A stretch of 64,000 nt of DNA from Candidatus Latescibacterota bacterium. Its GTDB lineage: Bacteria > Latescibacterota > UBA2968. The stretch covers positions 2,656,001 to 2,720,000 of the forward strand of contig OZ242195.1 in the NCBI GenBank assembly GCA_965205975.1, given 5' to 3'. Numbering within the stretch: the stretch's first letter is position 1; every line of letters starts with the position of its first letter. This document shows positions 57,154-64,000 of the stretch, one piece after another. The notes beneath the pieces were generated by a model that was not told where the DNA came from, did no database searches, and was given only the letters and a program-made list of their open reading frames with translations. The translations under genes were made by a program, and so were the position numbers.

Positions 57154-58929
57154 TTATTCGCCTTCCTCTTTTGACCTTCTATCTCCCACCGGAGCCTCAA
57201 CGCGAACCGTTACAATATCCGCATCGTGATATTGCTGGTGGCGCACAGACGACGTGAAATGCTGAAGCAATCGCAGCGAGATTTCATGTTCGACCGGCAT
57301 CTCGTCTGTATGTTCTCTGAGATAGGCCATACGGTCCTCGATATTTTCCTCACCAGTCGAAGCGATAAACTCGAGTTCCGCGCCATTACCGCCATCGCTG
57401 CGCACAATTAGAAGCAGGCGTTTTCCCGCTGGTTCGCCCTCCCCTTGCTGAATGAGAATCAGAAGGGTTTCTTCGGCAGACAGACAGAGACGATTCGTCA
57501 TCTCGGCATCCCACCCCCTGCGCGAGGCGAACTTTTCGAGAAATGCCACAATCTCTGGCAAAACCTCGACAGTGAGCGCCGTCTCAATGCGCTGCCGGCG
57601 CGGTGCTGTCAACTCCATAAACAGCGTCAGGAAAATCGCTGTGAGACCGCCAGCCGTCATCCCATTGCCGAGCAGCGCTCCCCACCACTCTCCGAGATAT
57701 TCCGCAAAAATGGCCTGATCCTGAAACCCCACGCCAATCCAGAATGCGACGCCCGCGATCATCGCCTTGCGATAATCTACCCCATCCTGGACGATAATCC
57801 GCATACCCACAACAAAGAGAAGTGCCAGCAGCACCGTCACATAGGCTCCGACCACGGGATTGGGGATTGCCAGCAGAAGTGCCGACACCTTGGGAATAAA
57901 GGACGCCACCACAAATACGATGCCAATACACACACCGACGCCGCGTGCGGCAACGCCGGTGAGTTCCGTGATTGAAACACTTGACGAGTAGGTCGTATTT
58001 GGAACTGTCCCCGCAATACCAGAAAGCAAGTTGCCCACGCCATCTGCGGTAACTGCGCCCTGCACCGCTCGAAAATCGGGCGCGCGAGGCGTACGCCACG
58101 AAACCTTCTGGATCGCGATAGCATCCCCTATTGTTTCGATAGCACCGACCAGAGTCACAAATATAAAGGCGGGAAGAAGCGACCAGAAAACAGGACCAAA
58201 GCTGAGGTCAAAACCCGGCCAACCGCCCGCTTCGGGAAAACCTATCCATGGAGCATCAATAACGCGCTGGATGTCGTACAGCCCAAAAAATGAGGAGACA
58301 ACACATCCCACAACGATTCCGATAATCGGCACCCAAAGACGCCACATACCCGAAACCCGCAGCGCGAGCACGACCACGACGAACAGCGTTGCAATAGTAC
58401 ATGTGGGCGCGGCAGCCGAGGGCGTTCCTTCGGGCACATCCGCCAACATATCAAAGACAATCGGCATAACGGTCACCGCGATCAACATGATCACCGTTCC
58501 CGCCACGGTTGGCGTAATGATTCGCCGCAACAACGAGAGCCGCGTCGAGAGCGCAAATTGGAACAACGACGAAATGATGACCAGGGTTGCGAGCATTGCC
58601 GGACCGCCCTGGGCAAGTGCCGTCACGCAAACCGCGATAAAAGCACCAGAAGTGCCCATAAGAAGGATGTAGCCAGCACCAATACGTCCAACGCGCACAG
58701 CCTGCATCACTGTGGTCAACCCGCTGACCAAAAGCGCGGCAAAAACCGCCCACGACAAATAAGGCTCGCCCCCACCCGCGGCCCTCACCACGATGACAGG
58801 CGTGATCACAATGCCCGCAATACAGAGCATGGCAGCCTGAAAACCGAGTGCGAAAGTAATGGTATTTGGAGGCCGCTCATTGGGTTCGTAAAGCACACTC
58901 TGATCGCGGCGGTCAGTCTCAGATTGCAT
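57154..58929 (-). CDS. NCS2 (xanthine/uracil) permease fused to a C-terminal RsbW/HATPase-like domain
   Basis: LGFQ, TVMQ, ETIGD, PNTTYS....LTGVAAR NCS2 motifs, then a ~140-aa soluble domain. Confidence 0.85.
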   Translation of the reverse strand: MQSETDRRDQSVLYEPNERPPNTITFALGFQAAMLCIAGIVITPVIVVRAAGGGEPYLSWAVFAALLVSGLTTVMQAVRVGRIGAGYILLMGTSGAFIAVCVTALAQGGPAMLATLVIISSLFQFALSTRLSLLRRIITPTVAGTVIMLIAVTVMPIVFDMLADVPEGTPSAAAPTCTIATLFVVVVLALRVSGMWRLWVPIIGIVVGCVVSSFFGLYDIQRVIDAPWIGFPEAGGWPGFDLSFGPVFWSLLPAFIFVTLVGAIETIGDAIAIQKVSWRTPRAPDFRAVQGAVTADGVGNLLSGIAGTVPNTTYSSSVSITELTGVAARGVGVCIGIVFVVASFIPKVSALLLAIPNPVVGAYVTVLLALLFVVGMRIIVQDGVDYRKAMIAGVAFWIGVGFQDQAIFAEYLGEWWGALLGNGMTAGGLTAIFLTLFMELTAPRRQRIETALTVEVLPEIVAFLEKFASRRGWDAEMTNRLCLSAEETLLILIQQGEGEPAGKRLLLIVRSDGGNGAELEFIASTGEENIEDRMAYLREHTDEMPVEHEISLRLLQHFTSSVRHQQYHDADIVTVRVEAPVGDRRSKEEGE

Positions 58930-59025
58930 CGTTCAAATCCTTTCATAGTTGTAAGACGAATCAACGATAGCAGTTGGGTGGTTGGGCGGGGTTCGTCTAT
59001 TCGTCTATTCGTCTATTCGCGCTTT

Positions 59026-60024
59026 TTATTTTAGCAACTCATCGCCATAAGCAAATAGCGCAGGTGTCCCACCCGTATGCACAAACACAACCGTCTGATC
59101 CCTGCGATACCATCCCTCGCGGATATGCTCAATCATTGCACCATACGTTTTGCCCGCATAAACGGGATCGAGCAACAACCCTTCAGTTTGCGCGGCCAAC
59201 AACACGGCCTCTCGCGCTCCAGGCGTCAGGACCCCATAAGCCGGTCCCGCGTATTTGCCATAACTCTCAAAATCATCTGCAGTAAAATTCAGATCCAAAT
59301 TCAGAATTTTGCACACCTCATTCGCAACCTCGGCGAGTTGCACATTCTTTTTTTCATCGTCTTGTGGACTTGGACTTATGCCAATAATCCGCACATCAAC
59401 ACCCAGTGCTCTTGCCCCAACGACAAGCCCAGTATGCGTATGCACGCCTGCACACACATATATCGCATCGGGTATCACATCCATCGCCTGCATCTGTTCC
59501 CACAATTCCAAAAAACCATCCACATAAGACACGCTGCGATAATAATACCCATCCGAACTCGTATTATAGACCCTGTGTCCATCGGCCTTTAACTTCTCGA
59601 CAACAGCTACCTTCTCCTGCTCGCTCTCTATCAAATGCACCTCTGCGCCAAACAGATGCGTAAGCAACAAATTGCCATTCACGGGATCTGCATGGTCATC
59701 CTTGCGCCCCACCATCACCGCCTTCAGACCCAACCTCGCCGCAACCGCTGCAGTCAACCGCGATTGATTCGACTGCGACGCCGCGCCGTGGAGCAACACA
59801 TCATACCCTTCATCCACAGCGGGTGCTACGGAATATTCAAACTCGCGCACCTTATTCCCCCCAAATGCCAACCCCGTCTGATCCTCGCGCTTAACCAAAA
59901 TACGCGGTCCACCCAACTTCTCTGCCAACCTCGGGCAATCCATCAACGGCGTGGGCAAATCGGCAAGCGACAATCGGCTGCACATTCCCAACGCCTCTCG
60001 AATCTCTCGAATCGAATAGCTCAA
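59026..60024 (-). CDS. D-cysteine desulfhydrase / ACC deaminase family PLP enzyme
   Basis: PTPL, KREDQTG...GGNKVR, QSN, LDPVY.GK, F.HTGG. Confidence 0.9.
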   Translation of the reverse strand: MSYSIREIREALGMCSRLSLADLPTPLMDCPRLAEKLGGPRILVKREDQTGLAFGGNKVREFEYSVAPAVDEGYDVLLHGAASQSNQSRLTAAVAARLGLKAVMVGRKDDHADPVNGNLLLTHLFGAEVHLIESEQEKVAVVEKLKADGHRVYNTSSDGYYYRSVSYVDGFLELWEQMQAMDVIPDAIYVCAGVHTHTGLVVGARALGVDVRIIGISPSPQDDEKKNVQLAEVANEVCKILNLDLNFTADDFESYGKYAGPAYGVLTPGAREAVLLAAQTEGLLLDPVYAGKTYGAMIEHIREGWYRRDQTVVFVHTGGTPALFAYGDELLK

Positions 60025-60041
60025 GGGTATCGCTCCTCTTT

Positions 60042-61088
60042 TTAATTTTCTATCTCCACCGCCTGAAGCAGCGCTTTAATAAAGCCAAATTGAAAGGCAA
60101 ATGCCTGTTCGAAATGCCCTTGCGCAGTGTGGCCGGGCGCGTGATCGGGAACGATCATGTGCGGATAGCCCACTTCCTTGAGCGCTTTCATCAGCACAAA
60201 CATATTCATATCGCCCTCGTCCGGATAAACCTCCTGAAACTTGTTGCGCCCACCCGTGATATTGCGAAAATGGATGAGGTGAATTTTTTTTCGCCTCCCA
60301 AAATAGCGAATAATATCGGCCACCTCATTGCGCGGATCCACAACGCTCTCCGCCATACAACCGAGGCACAGATTGAGACCATGGTAAGGACTTGGACAAA
60401 TATCGATAAAACTCTTGAACCCATCGTATCCACCCAACACGCGATCAACACTCTTGTAACCGGGCGGCAACCAGGGGTCGCACGGGTGACAGGCCATACG
60501 CACTTTGCATTCGGTAGCAACGGGAATAACGCGCTCCAAAAAGAAAGTAATATTTTCCCAATTCTGTTCCGCGGTAACCGGTTCATCATACCGCGGCGTA
60601 TCCACATCGGCCTTAGACAAATCCCATGTGGAATAGCGCACACCCCCTCGCCCGAGCGGAACGCTTTCCGTGCGTTGATTTTCCATTTCGCAAAGAAAAT
60701 ACTTCAGCGCGGGAATACCCGCATCTGCGGCAGCGCGCACCATATCGCAGGCAATCTCGATTTCTTTTTCGCCATCCTTCATATTCCCGCGCATAAACTC
60801 GGGCACAAAACTACCATCGACATTGAGATGTTGCACCGGCAATGCCACCATTTCCACGGTAATACCGTGTTTTGCTGCTTTCTCTTTCTTTTCCACGATC
60901 TCTTCCACTGTCCAGCCGCGACTGGGATCTGGCGTAACTTCCCTGGCATCGTTAATCGCCATATTTGTAACGCCACACCGCGCGAGAAATTCGAGATGCT
61001 CATCCGATGTGGAAAAACGCTGTGTACCAATATGCATGCGCGGGTTTTCCGGATCCCATTCTGCGCCTGCATACATTCCGGCTGCCAT
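60042..61088 (-). CDS. uxuA: Mannonate dehydratase (UxuA) family
   Basis: FL..VIPVA....V.MACHP.DP, IH..HFRN, DEGD.NM, PDH.P; start at ATG 61088. Confidence 0.78.
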   Translation of the reverse strand: MAAGMYAGAEWDPENPRMHIGTQRFSTSDEHLEFLARCGVTNMAINDAREVTPDPSRGWTVEEIVEKKEKAAKHGITVEMVALPVQHLNVDGSFVPEFMRGNMKDGEKEIEIACDMVRAAADAGIPALKYFLCEMENQRTESVPLGRGGVRYSTWDLSKADVDTPRYDEPVTAEQNWENITFFLERVIPVATECKVRMACHPCDPWLPPGYKSVDRVLGGYDGFKSFIDICPSPYHGLNLCLGCMAESVVDPRNEVADIIRYFGRRKKIHLIHFRNITGGRNKFQEVYPDEGDMNMFVLMKALKEVGYPHMIVPDHAPGHTAQGHFEQAFAFQFGFIKALLQAVEIEN

Positions 61089-61258
61089 GGTAATTCTCCT
61101 GTAATTTTTAAATTTAAATGAACTGCGACCCGTTGTACACAATTTGTCATGATAATGCAAGAAATTCTGGATAGCAACATGATTGGGGATTGTGAGAGGT
61201 GTAAAATTGTGGTATCTTCTCACTTCCTCAAGCCCACCCCTATAAACAGGAGCTTGTT

Positions 61259-62503
61259 ATGCAAGTCGAAATCAACAAACACGCCTTAGACCGCGTGCCG
61301 ATATCGATAATTTTTGACGACTCAACCGTACTGATAAATTTGAATTATTTTTTTATGCGAGACCGCCAGGCCGTAGATGGAACGGATTACCGCTGGGAAG
61401 ATGTACCTGTAGTACATCCGGAATCGTTCACGCGCGAATTTGCCGAATTCTGTCTGGAAAACGATGTAAAAGGCAAATTCAGCGTGGTACCGTGTCCCGC
61501 AGCGCTTGGGCGAATAGACCATGGACTCCCCCTGTTCTCCAAAGCGCAGCAGGAAAGCTGGTTGGCAATGTGTCGGGAACTAATTATGCCCAATTACGAC
61601 ATCACGCCGGAAATGATCACACACACCTTCGTAGTAGATCTGGAAACATTGCAACCTGTTGATCCAAACGTGTGGGAACAATGGGGATGGAACAATTTGC
61701 CAACCGACGAAGAAGAGCGGGTGACAAATTATATCGCACTGGCATGTGAGATTTTACACAATGTGGGATTAACCCCTGCAGGAGTGACAAGCCCAGGGGG
61801 ATTTGGCAATCCAATAGACTTTTATGCCAGATGTGCGGAAAACGCCGTGCGCAGGACAACGGGCAATCCAACACCGTATCTATTCAAGCGCGTATCGTCC
61901 AGCGGTGCGGTAGATTGTCCAGTGTGGTATCCCAAACCCGAGCGCGGCGAGGCAATGGGTGAAGTGATCGCCGCGACGGGCGATCGCACGGGATCGTGGA
62001 CCGGATATGGCGAGGTAGATGTAGATTATTACATCACATCGGACCTCCAGGGTGGGCGTTTGCCCGAAGTCATCGACGCGGGCGACCCTGCCGTGATGAT
62101 CAGCCACTGGCAGGGATTTTACGGGATTCACAATGAAGATCGGCGCGGATTTCGGGCATTTCAGACCATTGTGCGAAGGTTAAAAGAACGCGATCCCAAT
62201 GGCGAGAAATCTCAGTGGCGCAAATGCAGTGAAATTACCAACTATGCAATCGCGCGCGAAATGGCCGATATCGAGGTGGCAGAACAAATAATAACACTCA
62301 ATTTACCCGTACAGGTGCCCGAATTCACATTGCGATTGCGTGAAATAACAGTTGCAGGCGTAAAAATAAACGACAAACCCCTGACACCCGCGCTGACGAG
62401 AGCGGCCTTTCGAGATGGCACATATTATCGAGATGGCGATATAACACTGGTAGCTTTTACGCCCGAAGACCGAAATGTCAGAGTTGAAATAGAAAGCCAC
62501 TAA
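61259..62503 (+). CDS. Conserved hypothetical protein (possible polysaccharide-deacetylase-like barrel)
   Basis: Long ORF with GGAG RBS; DD, VKGKFSVVP.P, PEM.TH, G.T.PGGFG and SHW motifs. Confidence 0.6.
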   Translation: MQVEINKHALDRVPISIIFDDSTVLINLNYFFMRDRQAVDGTDYRWEDVPVVHPESFTREFAEFCLENDVKGKFSVVPCPAALGRIDHGLPLFSKAQQESWLAMCRELIMPNYDITPEMITHTFVVDLETLQPVDPNVWEQWGWNNLPTDEEERVTNYIALACEILHNVGLTPAGVTSPGGFGNPIDFYARCAENAVRRTTGNPTPYLFKRVSSSGAVDCPVWYPKPERGEAMGEVIAATGDRTGSWTGYGEVDVDYYITSDLQGGRLPEVIDAGDPAVMISHWQGFYGIHNEDRRGFRAFQTIVRRLKERDPNGEKSQWRKCSEITNYAIAREMADIEVAEQIITLNLPVQVPEFTLRLREITVAGVKINDKPLTPALTRAAFRDGTYYRDGDITLVAFTPEDRNVRVEIESH

Positions 62504-62514
62504 AAGGAAAATAA

Positions 62515-64000
62515 GTGACTCCAAAAACAGCAAAACTCAAACGAGAAATCGGCTTACTCGGTGTTTATGCAATCTCAACGGGTGCTACTCTGAGTGCTGG
62601 ATTCTTTTTATTACCAGGTCTGGCTGCTGAACAGGCCGGTGCGGCCATTGTGCTGGCCTATATTATCGCCGCTGTTCCACTGGTACCAGCGATGTTCAGC
62701 ATTATTGAACTGGCAACCGCCATGCCTCGCGCAGGTGGCGTGTATTATTTTTTAGACCGGTCCCTCGGACCGTGGATGGGCACGCTTGGAGGCATTGGCA
62801 CCTGGCTGGCACTCGTATTAAAAGTATCGTTCGCACTCGTGGGCCTGGGAGCTTATATCGCGCTCTATGTACCCGAGTTGCCAATAACTCCCGTAGCTGT
62901 CGCAATTGCGATTGGACTGGGCATACTGAATCTATTGGGCGCAGAGAAAAGCGGTGGATTTCAAATTGCACTGGTGCTGGGTTTGTTGATAATTCTGGGG
63001 ATATTTATCGGGGGGGGCGTACCCACTATTGAACGCACGCGATTAACCGCGATATTCGAGGTAGATACCCACACAATTTTATCCACAGCAGGGCTGGTCT
63101 ATATCAGTTATATCGGCGTGACAAAAGTCGCGAGTTTATCTGAAGAAATAAAACATCCCGAGCGCAATTTGCCTCTGGGCGTCATCTTATCATTTATCAC
63201 AGCGGTTCTGGTGTATGCTCTCGGCACCGGCGTCATGGTCGGTGTATTGCCGCTCGAGCAACTCGTGGGAGATTTAACGCCCGCTGCCTCAGCAGCCAAA
63301 GCCGTATTTGGTGATTGGGGCGCGATAATCATCTCTGTGGCCGCCCTCCTCGCCTTTACATCGGTCGCCAATGCCGGAATGCTATCGTCTTCTCGCTACC
63401 CTCTGGCAATGAGCCGCGACCACATGATGCCGGGATTTTTTCAGCATTTGAATGCAAAAGGCGCACCTGTCCAGGGGGTATTGGTGACAATGGGCGTAAT
63501 TGTTTTAATCCTCATCTTTCTCGATCCAACCAGAATTGCCAAATTGGCCAGTGCGTTTCAATTATTGATGTTCGCGCTGTTGTGCCTGGCTGTAATTGTC
63601 ATGCGCGAAAGCGGGTTGGACTCCTACGACTCGGGATATCATTCACCGCTGTACCCGTGGATGCAGTTATTCGGCATAGTATCTTCGTGTGTGTTAATTG
63701 TCGAAATGGGCTGGCTCCCATCCTTGTTTTCTGCTGCACTGATCCTGCTGGGAACGATCTGGTACTTTAAATTTGCCCGGGACAAAGTCACCCGCGATGG
63801 TGCGATTTATCACATGTTTGAACGCTGGGGGCAAAATCGATACACCGGTCTGGATGCCGAACTGAGGGGCATCCTGAAAGAAAAGGGATTGCGCGACGAA
63901 GATCCCTTCGAAGAGATCGCAGCGCGAAGTCTGGTCATCGATCTGGATCGCCCGGCTGAATTTGAGGAGGTCGTGCGGCAGGTAGCGGACTGGCTCGCGG
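62515..64000 (+). CDS. APC-family amino-acid permease with a C-terminal soluble domain; runs off the window
   Basis: Not in the ORF track; manual read from GTG 62515: LKREIGLLGVYAISTGATLSAGFFLLPG..ELATAMPRAGGVY..SEEIKHPERNLP..SSRYPLAMSRD. Confidence 0.9.
   Translation, partial: MTPKTAKLKREIGLLGVYAISTGATLSAGFFLLPGLAAEQAGAAIVLAYIIAAVPLVPAMFSIIELATAMPRAGGVYYFLDRSLGPWMGTLGGIGTWLALVLKVSFALVGLGAYIALYVPELPITPVAVAIAIGLGILNLLGAEKSGGFQIALVLGLLIILGIFIGGGVPTIERTRLTAIFEVDTHTILSTAGLVYISYIGVTKVASLSEEIKHPERNLPLGVILSFITAVLVYALGTGVMVGVLPLEQLVGDLTPAASAAKAVFGDWGAIIISVAALLAFTSVANAGMLSSSRYPLAMSRDHMMPGFFQHLNAKGAPVQGVLVTMGVIVLILIFLDPTRIAKLASAFQLLMFALLCLAVIVMRESGLDSYDSGYHSPLYPWMQLFGIVSSCVLIVEMGWLPSLFSAALILLGTIWYFKFARDKVTRDGAIYHMFERWGQNRYTGLDAELRGILKEKGLRDEDPFEEIAARSLVIDLDRPAEFEEVVRQVADWLA

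Overview
Bacterial DNA of roughly 50% GC, judged by eye. The gene mix (many sulfatase, PhyH-dioxygenase, FGE/SUMF1-fold and PIN-toxin genes, plus short intergenic repeat families) resembles uncultured marine or host-associated lineages; this is inference only. (1) 1-15410, all on the minus strand, is the highlight: a candidate new glycosylated peptide (RiPP/bacteriocin-like) system. Order: AraC-type regulator, a GT4 + second glycosyltransferase fusion, a GT4 with a possible RRE-like C-terminal tail, three double-glycine-leader precursors (two with very acidic amphipathic cores), a HExxH membrane protein, an IS3 element, a broken and an intact CPBP protease, a cNMP-C39-ABC exporter, HlyD, a PpiC rotamase and wecB, which runs off the left edge. 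(2) 15857-30910 is mostly housekeeping/metabolic (glnE, glnB, aminotransferase, lutC, glgB) with interspersed toxin-antitoxin modules and a candidate ~75-nt small RNA. (3) About 31000-45000 is an accessory island: a type II R-M pair, three FGE/SUMF1 (CLec-fold) paralogues whose 3' ends show a DGR-like NNY codon pattern, repeat proteins, pseudogenes and a dense toxin-antitoxin cluster. (4) 45269-64000 holds catabolic and transport genes (LarA-like, PhyH, sulfatase, SSS symporter, glycoside hydrolase, beta-helix protein, aldolase, DegT, PncC/CinA, NCS2 fusion, D-cysteine desulfhydrase, UxuA, APC permease). No rRNA, tRNA or CRISPR array was recognised. All family assignments come from motif recognition by eye, without database searches.
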